From Histomonas meleagridis 2922-C6/04-290x (taxonomy: Eukaryota; Protista; Parabasalia): 64,000 nucleotides of DNA. Numbering within the stretch: the stretch's first letter is position 1; every line of letters starts with the position of its first letter. The stretch lies in NCBI GenBank assembly GCA_020184695.1, contig JAANOX010000047.1:372001-436000 (forward strand), written 5' to 3'. Positions 54,524 to 64,000 of this stretch are shown here, piece after piece. Both the position numbers and the translations under genes were made by a program. Under the pieces are notes generated by a model. The model saw nothing but the letters and a program-made list of their open reading frames with translations. It was not told the origin of the DNA and made no database searches.

Positions 54524-57523
54524 ATGCTTTTGCTCTTGCCCTATTTTTCGTGTTCACTGTTTGAAGCCCTCATAAATAAAAATATTCATGTAACTGGTGA
54601 AAGTTTAGAAGAAGCATATAACAATGCTTTGAGAATTAACGAATCAACAGATTTTTCAGAGGTTGATATTATCAATGGCGAAATTAAATACAGCACGGAC
54701 GACTGGGATGTGATGGATAAAATTCACTTTTTTTCAATTTCTAGTGGTGTTTCTATTGCTGATCCTGATAACTTTCCGTTACTTATGGGGAATATGCAAA
54801 AACTGATTAACGTTTCAATAGGAATTCCGTTACAAAACATCTCTTACCTGTCGTTCGAATCATTTACACAATTAACGCATGCTTATTTTGCTAATATTTC
54901 TCGATTTAATCCATATGCGTTTTCTAACTGTTACAAACTGATTTCAGTTGAAGCTCCTACTATAAGCTATATTGAAAATAGTGCATTCTATTTTTGCATA
55001 AGTCTTGAAACAATTATAACACCAAATGTTACAGAGATAGCGAATTATGCATTTTATAGCTGCTCACTATTAAAAAATGTAAGTTTCCCGCATCTTAAAC
55101 ATTGTGGATCTAACACGTTTGAACTTTGTTCATTCTTATCTATAAATTTTCCATCACTTGAAGAAGTTTCTCCATGTATGTGTATTTCATGCGAGAGTAT
55201 GAAAAGTGTTTATTTGCCAAATGCTGTTGCAATTGGATTATATGCTTTTTTCCAATGTTCTTCTTTGATAGATGTTTATGTTCCAAAAGTTGTGAATATT
55301 TCTGAAGGGGCATTCAATTCTGCGTATCGTCTTGAGAAACTTGATTTACCTTCTCTTGAAAATGCAGATTATGGTTTTATCGGCGAATGTATTAAACTAT
55401 CTTACATTTCAATGCCTAAATTAAAGAATGTTCCAGAATATATGTTTGCCAACTTAAAATATATCGACACAGTTATTTTTCCGAGTGTTGAAACAATAGG
55501 AAAACATGCTTTTCATAGCTGTCATTTGTCTAAAAACATTTTTGAAAATCTTAAGATCAAAAAAATTGATGATTATGGATTTGCAGACCTGTATTATGCA
55601 TATTCTTTGTCATTTGAATATTGCGAATACATCGGAAATTATGCATTTATTTTAGCACTTATGCCGTCTTTAATATTACCAAATGTTAAAACATGTGGTG
55701 ATTATGCATTTAGTGATTCCTTTTTTTACGATTTATATCTTCCTTCGCTTGAAACTTGTGGTGATTATGCATTTTTAAACAATGAATTGCTAACAAATAT
55801 AACGCTACCACGACTTATCAAAGCTGGAAATTCGCCATTTGAAGGATGTCGTGATTTGAAAGTCATTAATTTGCCAAATTTAATTAATGTCAGCGATTAC
55901 TTCATATCTGATATAAATATAAGTAATTTTGAGTTTTTAAATTTAAGATATATTGGATCATATGCATTTACTAAAAGTATTGTTGAAACAATTAATTTTC
56001 CAAATGCTTTAATTATTGGCGATTATTTTTTATATAATTGTAATGAAATTACCAGTGTTTCATTGCCAAATCTTGTTCAAATTGGATCATTTGCATTTTA
56101 TAACTGCAGTAATTTAATAAATGTTTCATTACCAAAACTTAATAATTTTACATCGACATTATTTTATCAATGTGATTTGATTCAAAGTATTTATTTACCA
56201 GAACTTGAAATATTTGATAAATATTTTTTAAACAATTGTAATGAAATTACCAGTGTTTCATTGCCAAATCTTGTTCAAATTGGATCATTTGCATTTTTTA
56301 ACTGCAGTAATTTAATTAACGTTTCATTACCAAAACTTAATAATTTTACATCGATATTATTTTATCAATGCGATTTGATTCAAAGTATTTATTTACCAGA
56401 ACTTGAAATAATTGGTGAACATTTTATATATGATTGTTATAATGTAAAACATATAAATTTACCAAAAGTCAAAATCATTGAAAACACAGCATTTGTTAAT
56501 TGTAGTTCATTAACAGAACTTTCATTAAATTCTATTGAGTTAATTAAATCTGGACCGATTGCATTTAATTGTCGAATATTAAAAATTATATCTATGAATT
56601 CGCTTTTAAATGCACCTTCATCATTATTTTATAATATTGAAAGTCTTGAATATGTTTCACTTCAAAACTTAATAAATATTAAAAGTTATACATTTTGTAA
56701 TTGTCGAAAATTATATGAAGTTAAACTTCCAAGAATATCAATAATAAATTCAACAAATCCATGTTATGAATTTTCTAAATGTTCAACACTTGAAACACTT
56801 GAATTACCAATGCTTAAATATATTTATGGAAGAAATACATTTGAATATTGTACATCATTAAAAACTATTTCTTTTCCACAATTAAAAACGATTAGTAAAT
56901 CAGCATTTTTAAATTGTATAAATTTAAATAATATTTCACTTCGAACGATTAATACACTTCCATCATATTGTTTTCAAAATTGTATTTCATTAAGAACACT
57001 TTATCTTAATGAAGTTCATACAATTGAAGGTGAAGGACATTTTTCAGGATGTTTTAATTTAGAAATATTAAATATCACGAAATTAAGTACAGTTGATGAA
57101 AACTCTACGAAAATATTTGAAAATTGTACAAATTTAAATATTCTTCTTTTACCGACAGATCCACCAAAATTTAATGATAACATATTTTTAACGACAACGA
57201 AAGATAATATCACTATTTGTTTACCTAATATTGAATCATATGAAAAATATGATAATGATTGTACAGGATCTGAATGTGTTGAAAATTATTGGAAAGGAAT
57301 TAATATTAAAGTTGATGATGATTTACGAGATAAATGTGCAAAATATGTTGAATTATCGAATGGATTAAGTATAGCTGTTATCGCAATAATTTCATGTATT
57401 GGAGGTATTATTTTATTATCAGGATTTGTATTACTTTTTTGTTTATATCGGAAGAACAAAGCTGAAAAAGAAATTCTTGAAAATATGCCTCACTTAAGCA
57501 TTTCGATAGTTGATCCTATTTAA
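54524..57523 (+). CDS. BspA-like leucine-rich-repeat surface protein with TM and short cytoplasmic tail
   Basis: 999 aa: signal-like N-terminus, many xLPxLxxIGxxAFxxC repeats, TM IAVIAIISCIGGIILLSGFVLLFCLY, then RKNK. Confidence 0.92.
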   Translation: MLLLLPYFSCSLFEALINKNIHVTGESLEEAYNNALRINESTDFSEVDIINGEIKYSTDDWDVMDKIHFFSISSGVSIADPDNFPLLMGNMQKLINVSIGIPLQNISYLSFESFTQLTHAYFANISRFNPYAFSNCYKLISVEAPTISYIENSAFYFCISLETIITPNVTEIANYAFYSCSLLKNVSFPHLKHCGSNTFELCSFLSINFPSLEEVSPCMCISCESMKSVYLPNAVAIGLYAFFQCSSLIDVYVPKVVNISEGAFNSAYRLEKLDLPSLENADYGFIGECIKLSYISMPKLKNVPEYMFANLKYIDTVIFPSVETIGKHAFHSCHLSKNIFENLKIKKIDDYGFADLYYAYSLSFEYCEYIGNYAFILALMPSLILPNVKTCGDYAFSDSFFYDLYLPSLETCGDYAFLNNELLTNITLPRLIKAGNSPFEGCRDLKVINLPNLINVSDYFISDINISNFEFLNLRYIGSYAFTKSIVETINFPNALIIGDYFLYNCNEITSVSLPNLVQIGSFAFYNCSNLINVSLPKLNNFTSTLFYQCDLIQSIYLPELEIFDKYFLNNCNEITSVSLPNLVQIGSFAFFNCSNLINVSLPKLNNFTSILFYQCDLIQSIYLPELEIIGEHFIYDCYNVKHINLPKVKIIENTAFVNCSSLTELSLNSIELIKSGPIAFNCRILKIISMNSLLNAPSSLFYNIESLEYVSLQNLINIKSYTFCNCRKLYEVKLPRISIINSTNPCYEFSKCSTLETLELPMLKYIYGRNTFEYCTSLKTISFPQLKTISKSAFLNCINLNNISLRTINTLPSYCFQNCISLRTLYLNEVHTIEGEGHFSGCFNLEILNITKLSTVDENSTKIFENCTNLNILLLPTDPPKFNDNIFLTTTKDNITICLPNIESYEKYDNDCTGSECVENYWKGINIKVDDDLRDKCAKYVELSNGLSIAVIAIISCIGGIILLSGFVLLFCLYRKNKAEKEILENMPHLSISIVDPI
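56036..56431 (+). repeat. Recent 198-bp (66-aa) tandem duplication within the BspA gene
   Basis: AATTGTAATGAAATTACCAGTG occurs at 56036 and 56234; the two peptide copies are nearly identical. Confidence 0.9.
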
Positions 57524-58094
57524 TTTGTTTAAATTATTTAAAATTTATATATACTACAAATGTAATTTACTGAATTATATTGTTTTCCGAATAAATTATA
57601 TATCTATGATTTTTTTTAGATAAATAAAATATTTTAGTGTACTATTTCAGATATTAAAATTTTACATTTTTCATTAATTTATGTTCAAAAATGATCTTTA
57701 CTTTAAAAAAAATGTTTAACATATATTATTTAGTGAAAATAATAAATTGTATTAACGTTATTTATTGAAGTCTTCTGCCCTATTTGTGACATTGCAGTGT
57801 TTTTGTGTGTCAAATAATAATGTGGAATACCAAGCTAGTTTCAGAATATCCATCAAGATTCCATGGAAAGTTTTCGATTCCATAATAATTTTTTCACCTC
57901 ATTTATGTATTCTCCAAGTTTCATCCGCACACACACACACACAGCGCTATTGAAGCTTCGCGTGATACGCTCGCTTCAAGCCGCGCTACATAAAAGAAAG
58001 CATTAACGATAGAGGATGATTGAAAATTAGGATTAACGGTCGAGTTTTACGGTAACATGTGCGAAAAATAAAATAAATTTCATTAAATGTAATG

Positions 58095-58194
58095 TGTAAC
58101 GTAACGTTACCTGTAACTTTGACATTTTGGAAAAAAGAAGAAGAATAAAGAACATGAGATGCAAAAACCAAGGTTACGTTACGTTACAGGTTAT
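58095..58194. repeat. Inverted repeat built of GTAAC/GTTAC pentamers
   Basis: TGTAACGTAACGTTACCT (58095-58112) versus AGGTTACGTTACGTTACA (58171-58188): 17/18 complementary. Confidence 0.85.
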
Positions 58195-58247
58195 AAATTA
58201 AGTCTAGTTATAAAGTAGTAATTTGATTTTTTAATGCAACTAAAAAG

Positions 58248-59620
58248 ATGTCAGAAGTTACAATCGATATAAACGACAAATTCTGTTTAATGGAAAAAAA
58301 AAAAAATAAAAACTATGATTTAAACGGAGATGAAGCAATAAATGATTTAAAGAAATGTTTTTTAGTATGTGATTCAACACCTGAAGTATTTATGTTTAAA
58401 GATTATGACGCAGTGAATGATTATGTTAAAGTAAGTTATACATCAGAAAACGTTGCAAAACAAAAGCTAAAGAAAATAATTATTGGCAAAAGAACTGAAG
58501 GAAACAAAACAAAAAACGTTTCCGCTTGGGATTTATATTTAGAAAATACAGAAATATTTACGGTAAAAGCATTAAAATTTTATTCAAATGACCCTCAAAT
58601 TTTTTCTTACTTTAGAGGTTATGATTATAAAAAAAGCTTGATAAAGTAAAAAAAACAGAAATTATTCAACCATTTTTAGATCACGTCAGAGAAGTAATAA
58701 CAAATGGTAAGGAAGAAATTTATAGATATATTCTAATTTGGATCGCAAGCATTCTTCAAAAACCAAAATTTCAAAACTGGAGTTGCTTTAGTTATATTAG
58801 GAAATCAAGGAACAGGAAAAAATACATTCTTTACAGATGTAATATGCAAATTAATGGCGAGATACGCAAATGAAAATGTTACGAATATAGAATCAGTAGT
58901 CGGTAAATTTAATGCAACATTAGAAAACAAAAAATTACTGGTTTTAAATGAATTACAAAGTATTGATACTAATAAATTTTTAAATTCTGATGCGTTAAAA
59001 TCTATTATAACAGATAAAACAATAAATATAAATCAAAAAAAAATGAACCGATGAGAGAAACAGAAAATGTTGCGAATTTTATAATGGTATCGAATAATGA
59101 TGTTCCAATAAAGATTGAAAGTTATGATAGAAGATATGTTGTAACAAAAACAAGTGATAAGCATTTACAAGATTTTGATTATTTCTCAAAACTTGCTGAT
59201 TCATTTACACCTGCAATTTCTGAAAATTTATTTACATTCTTTATATTAATGGAAGTTTCGAAAGTAAATTTAAGAAGAATTTCGAACAGGTAAGCAAAAG
59301 AAAAGATAAAAGAAGCTTCAATGTCAAGTTATGAAATATTCGCTAGAGACAATTACGAAAAAAACAAAAACATAACAGGTCCTGATTTATTTAATTTATA
59401 TTGTGATTTTGTTGAAAAAAATAAATTCAACAGTTGCAGTTCAAGGACTTTTATTGCAAATATGAAAAAATTCACTGGAAATGCTTCTGCAAAAAGGATT
59501 GATGGAAAAGTATTTAAAGTATATAATTTATTGCCAGAAGTTCATGAAAGATTTGAAAAATATCATAAGAAATTAGAAGAACAAATAGTTGATGATGAAA
59601 TTGACGAAGATGCTTTATGA
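58248..59620 (+). pseudogene. D5-like superfamily 3 helicase (DUF5906-type), frameshifted
   Basis: Joined frames give FSYFRGY, IASILQKP, Walker A GNQGTGKN, Walker B LLVLNE, motif C FIMVSNN and DRRY. Breaks near 58630, 58760, 59040 and 59285, mostly at A-runs. Confidence 0.85.
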
Positions 59621-59824
59621 AGAATGTTTATTTTTATCAAAAAAAGACCATTAAAATTTCGAGGGTTAAAAAATAACCAAAAAGTGAACCCTTTACGAAA
59701 CGGAGTAAATGAGCATTTTTTGAAGGATTTAACGCAAAAAGAAAATGACAAAAATTAAAATATCTCGTTATGTGATAGTTATTTTTATATAATTTACATT
59801 TGCCGATGGCAAACTGCGACAAAG

Positions 59825-60300
59825 TCACATATCAAACGATTTCTTATTGTTTGTAGTCTTCGCCTGAAGGCTCGATGCTCGCGTGTGCTCGCTTCCCGGA
59901 AAAGTTATTTTTTCTTCTTCAAACTCTTTTGAAATTGCTATATTTTGATTACCAATATATGCATTTAATGATATAATTCTATTATCGATTTCTTCACGTT
60001 TCTCGACTAATTCGTCAGTGATTCGTTTTACGATATCATTTCTGGCTTTCATAAATCTATTATTTAATTCTGCAGGAGCAATATTTACAAGTTTCTTTTC
60101 ATTTGTTTTAGTAAGAATGTTATCGGTAAACTTTAAATTTACTGATTCAAGAAGTTTTAAATTCTTATCATAAAATTTAACGCCTACAAGAATATTATTA
60201 TGAAGTATAGGTTTATTTGTTGGTTTGTCTATCTTCACTGTTGTATTATGATTATATTTAAAATCAACAGCGGCGTAAGGCGTCTTGCCGGAGCAAGACT
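59825..60300 (-). CDS. Element-associated hypothetical protein (start uncertain)
   Basis: Protein-like open frame (HNTTVKIDKP...ILVGVKFYD...NDIVKRITDELVEKREEIDNRI). The ORF-track 5' extension is the antisense of the ATPase region. Confidence 0.4.
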
Positions 60301-60392
60301 TGTCTTGCGACTTAAATATTCTGGTATTAAATAATCTTGGAATGCATCCATTTATTAACGGTAAAAAATTTATTTTTTTAAATAAAAAAATA

Positions 60393-60999
60393 ATGCGAAA
60401 AAAATAATTCTGGAGAATAGTAGATAAAAAATTTGATGAGATAGAAGAATTGTTTGATAAAATAGAAAAACAAAACAAAGAAATTTTAGAGAATGCAAAG
60501 ATAAAACCAATACATAAAAGAATTCTTATTTGCTCAAAACGGAATAACAGCTTTTATAGCGCCGATGGGTTCAGGCAAATCATATCTTTACGTTAAACTC
60601 GGAGCGAAACAAGAAGTATTATTTAACGAACCGTTTTTTGAATTAATAACTATTTGTAGTACATCCTCAAAATTTGATGAAACAGTAAATACTTATAAGG
60701 AAGCAATAAAGAAAACGAAACTTGTTGCGATAAAAGATACTGATTTGTTAGACTGGATTAATAAATATATTCGGAGAATTTTAAAATATAATTCTATCAT
60801 TAAATATATCAATTCTGATTTTAAGAAAACGGATGAAGAAGTAGAAAGATTATTTATGAAATATAATTTGAATAACTCAAAGAAGAAATTAAAATACATT
60901 TCTGAAAAGTTAGCGAAATATCAATGGAAAAATTATCCGCATAGATGTTTGTTGATATTAGATGATTTTGCTAATCATCCTTTGATTTTTACGATTTAA
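60393..60999 (+). pseudogene. A32/FtsK-like viral packaging ATPase, disrupted and truncated
   Basis: After a frameshift, EFLFAQNGITAFIAPMGSGKS (Walker A) ... CLLILDDFANHPL (Walker B), then stops. An early stop follows the ATG at 60393. Confidence 0.65.
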
Positions 61000-61260
61000 T
61001 AAAAGAAAGTCCAGCATCAATATTTGATGTTAATAATTTATGGTCCGTTTATTCTAAACTTCAAAGTCCACACGCAACGTTTAGCATACATATTAAAGCA
61101 CGAAGAGTAATAATTGCCGATAAAGCTCGGGTAAAAAAATAATTAGCTTAAAGAAGAAGATCATATTGTTTTTTAAATGATGAATAATATATTTTTATTT
61201 TCTTATTGTTTGTATCAATTGCACTAACAAAAGCTTTATTGTATTTAGTATAATTGATTT

Positions 61261-61716
61261 TTAATTTTCTATATGCGACTCCATTAAAATAATAGAAAAC
61301 ATCAAGTTTTTTTCATCAAAATAATAATTTTCTAAAATAGATTTATTGTAAATGTCAACAATAATGCAATTATCACTTATATTTTCTACATATTCATATT
61401 CATATTTATTAAATGTTGATTTATTTCTGTTATTTTCAGCTTGAGATACCCATCGGAGATTTGAAATGTGATTATTTGTTTTATTCTTATCAATATGATC
61501 TATAACAGTATTAATTTCTTGATTTTCATTTTTTATAAACTGTAACGCAATAATTTTATGTTTTCTGAACGGTGTTCCATTTAATTTTAATTCATAATAT
61601 CCGTCATGATTTATCCATTCACTGCACTTTCTTTTATTAGATTTTCTTCTAATGTTATACGGAAACTCTGTAAAAATTTCATAATCAGTATCTACAACAC
61701 ATTCGATCCAGCTCAT
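61261..61716 (-). CDS. HNH endonuclease (phage/Maverick homing type)
   Basis: DGYYELKLNG..KHKIIALQFI..IDHIDKNKTNNHISNLRWVSQAENNRN. ATG at 61716. Confidence 0.85.
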   Translation of the reverse strand: MSWIECVVDTDYEIFTEFPYNIRRKSNKRKCSEWINHDGYYELKLNGTPFRKHKIIALQFIKNENQEINTVIDHIDKNKTNNHISNLRWVSQAENNRNKSTFNKYEYEYVENISDNCIIVDIYNKSILENYYFDEKNLMFSIILMESHIEN

Positions 61717-61865
61717 TTTATATAAAATAAAAAAATAAATTTTATAAATCAAAAAATAAAGTGAAAATTCATTTTTGATTTTGAATCTCACCAACAAATA
61801 AATCTTCATCCAGAAATTGTTAGAAAAAAAAAAGAAAAAGAGTTATTGATTCTAAGAACGATTTT

Positions 61866-62393
61866 TTAAATGTTAATGGTTTCGTTTAAATTTCTATAAG
61901 AACTTTTTCCAACATTCGACAAAAGATATAATACTGGAGTTGATAAAGTATTTCCGACTGATTCAGCGAATATTTCAAATGTATCTGTACCATTAAATGT
62001 TGATGGTATAGGAAGAATTTGTGAGTATAACCCTGATATTTGAATTATATTATATGAAGCATTATTTATTGTAAAGGCATTTGAAGAAGTAAATACAATT
62101 CTACCGGCTTCGTCGACTTCAGACGTAACGCCTGATTCTTGAATTAAAGAATTCAACAGTAATATAAACGTTTGAGAGTTTAAGTCAGTGTAATCATTAT
62201 TGAAATAGTATTTTTTACCGTTAATCTGTATAAAATCATCTTTCTCAATAACAACAATAGAACATTTAGTCGTTAGCGACGTTACAATCATTTTTGCTTG
62301 ACGTGTTGGCGGTGACGGTAAGTTTACGTCAATTCTATTGTAATGTTCAGCGTCGTAGGAAGAAATTGTATAATCAATTACTGCATTATACAT
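61866..62393 (-). CDS. Putative minor-capsid (penton)-like protein of the element, probably truncated
   Basis: Beta-strand-rich 175-aa ORF from ATG 62393 (YFNNDYTDLN...IVFTSSNAFTI...STPVLYLLSNVG). Fold call is inference. Confidence 0.4.
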   Translation of the reverse strand: MYNAVIDYTISSYDAEHYNRIDVNLPSPPTRQAKMIVTSLTTKCSIVVIEKDDFIQINGKKYYFNNDYTDLNSQTFILLLNSLIQESGVTSEVDEAGRIVFTSSNAFTINNASYNIIQISGLYSQILPIPSTFNGTDTFEIFAESVGNTLSTPVLYLLSNVGKSSYRNLNETINI

Positions 62394-62998
62394 TTTTATA
62401 TATTGTAAAAATTTATGAATAACATATATAAAAAATTCAAGGGTTAAAAAATCACAAAAAGTTAACCTTTCAGTAACTCGAGCAAACATGCAATATTCAT
62501 GTCAAATCATTCGAAAAACGCTAATTTACCGAACCTAGTGAGGTTCGAGCCCTGGCGAGACTCGGATTCGTTGAGGGTTCAAAAAAAGGGTTAAAAAATC
62601 ACCTTTGAAAATTAAAAGGTACTTTTTACATTCAAAACCTCAGTTAATAACAACTTTAAGCTCCAAACACTAAAATCCACATAGGATTAACATTAAATTC
62701 TTTCCGATAAATCAACCGTCAACTTTTGCGTTAAAGCCTTCAAAAAATGCTCATTTTCTCCGTTTCGTTGAGGGTTCAAAAAAAGGGTTAAAAAATCACC
62801 TTTGAAAAATTTAATGATACTTTTTTAACATTTTAATTTATGTAAAATGTTTTTTATTGGTGTTTGGATGTGTGTTATTGGAACCATTTACGTTTTAAAT
62901 TCAATCGTAAATACAATGATAAAAATATATGTTGTATTTAACGAAGAGGAAGGAGATAAAAAAGAAATCCCTGAAGATATTAAAAGGTCACTTTACTC

Positions 62999-63819
62999 TT
63001 AAAGTACAACAGTTTTTCTGTAATTATAAAGAAATACTAATTGAATAATAAACCTGCAATATTTCGGATAAATATTATTTTTACCGTTTGTTGTAAATCT
63101 AATGTTAAATGTTGAGCCATCAGTTGGCGCGTTATATAATACAGTAGGTTTTTCATAAAAATCACCTTTGATGCCAATGAATCTTCGTTTTGAATCACTA
63201 AATGAAGCATGAAATTCTAAATACTCTCTGTTCCAAACATTATTAAAAGTCATTACTTCCTTTTGAGTTGACAAATAACTTATACTTTCTGACGTTACAT
63301 CTTGATTTAAGAATTTCAAAAAACTTTCTAAATTAGATGTAGTACTTCCTGAATCAACAATCGCAAATTTTTGCGACAAGATTTTGGCTTTCATCCGAGC
63401 CTACATAAGTAAAGAAAAAATATAAATTGCCTGAGTCTTCGTATTCATAAGATAATCTATCACTCGCAAATGAATTATTAAAACTATTACAAATTGACGT
63501 TAAAATTTCAAATAAAGTATTTTGCGCCATAACTTGAATTTTAATGATACGTGGATTAGGTGAAGAACCACTGACGCTTTCAGGTTTAGTTACTTCAAAC
63601 TGTAATGAGAAAACGTGAGCGGTCGGCGTTATATCTAATCTTCTTATGCCAATAGCTTTATTCTGTGACGGAGACTCTAACCAACGTTGAGGATAACGGA
63701 AAGTATAACCATTTTTGAGGATTTAATACTTCATACTTATCTAAATCAAGATTTGTATAATTTTCTTCAATCGGTAACTGAGACGCAGTTGTTGTAAATT
63801 GATTTTCAGTTTTATACAT
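62999..63819 (-). pseudogene. Element-associated beta-rich protein (~270 aa) with two +1 frameshifts
   Basis: Removing one A from runs near 63712 and 63368 gives one ORF: MYKTENQF...GYTFRYPQRW...IGIRRLDI...VWNREYLEFHASFS...FIIQLVF. Confidence 0.65.
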
Positions 63820-63835
63820 TTTTATCTTATTAAAA

Positions 63836-64000
63836 ATGTCAAATTCACAGTTTGAAAAAATTGAAAATATAGTAAGAGCATTAATGAATAAAAACAGTGT
63901 TGTATACAGTAATCATTCAAAAACATCTGATACATTATCAAATGGTATATGTACATTACAGATAAATAGTTATGACAAATCATTTGTTTTCACTTACGGA
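63836..64000 (+). CDS. Start of an element-associated ORF running off the window end
   Basis: AAAAATG start then MSNSQFEKIENIVRALMNK..., open to the end; only 16 nt from the divergent ATG at 63819. Confidence 0.5.
   Translation, partial: MSNSQFEKIENIVRALMNKNSVVYSNHSKTSDTLSNGICTLQINSYDKSFVFTYG

Larger units (their letters stand above)
59685..62778. repeat. 55-bp inverted repeat pair (59685-59739 and 62724-62778)
   Basis: The reverse complement of TGAACCCTTTACGAAACGGAGTAAATGAGCATTTTTTGAAGGATTTAACGCAAAA matches 62724-62778 at 51/55 positions. Confidence 0.88.
57900..64000. mobile_element. Maverick/Polinton-like (endogenous viral) element, decayed, extending beyond the window
   Basis: Cluster of SF3/D5-like helicase, GSGKS/LILDD ATPase, HNH nuclease and beta-rich capsid-like ORFs, with internal repeats and GC-rich hairpins. 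Left boundary uncertain; no terminal inverted repeat identified. Confidence 0.75.

Noticed and set aside
58195-58225. AGTAGT-like sequence as a Maverick terminal repeat start
   Set aside because: A single short match with element-like sequence on both sides and no partner end visible.
1-64000. rRNA or tRNA genes
   Set aside because: No cloverleaf or rRNA-like conserved stretch recognised by eye; a tRNAscan/Infernal run would be needed to exclude small ncRNAs.

Overview
AT-rich, gene-dense, nearly intron-free eukaryotic DNA, very likely from a parabasalid protist (Tritrichomonas/Histomonas/Trichomonas-like). Support: a GTATGT...ACTAATCCATAG intron, TCACTT initiator elements, BspA leucine-rich-repeat genes and a DUF3447-ankyrin gene. 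About 30 intact housekeeping, trafficking and signalling genes lie among several decayed genes. The last ~6 kb is a decayed or frameshifted Maverick/Polinton-like element with an SF3 helicase, packaging-type ATPase, HNH nuclease and capsid-like ORFs. The most striking structure is at 37.1-38.6 kb. There, each of nine ankyrin modules is preceded by an AT-rich spacer of exactly 80 nt (period 170 nt) that shifts the frame and has no in-frame GT-AG splicing solution, while every ankyrin module stays stop-free. This suggests an undescribed intron, recoding or cassette system. Other notable items: an intact T4 Rnl2-type RNA ligase, two intact pseudo-enzymes (Akt-like kinase, SERCA-like pump), a TM-less syntaxin ending in CaaX, a signal-peptide CK2-like kinase, a 34-aa membrane microprotein, and a 124-bp array copied from a gene's own 3' end. 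No rRNA, tRNA or CRISPR array was recognised. All family calls come from motif recognition by eye; no database searches were run.
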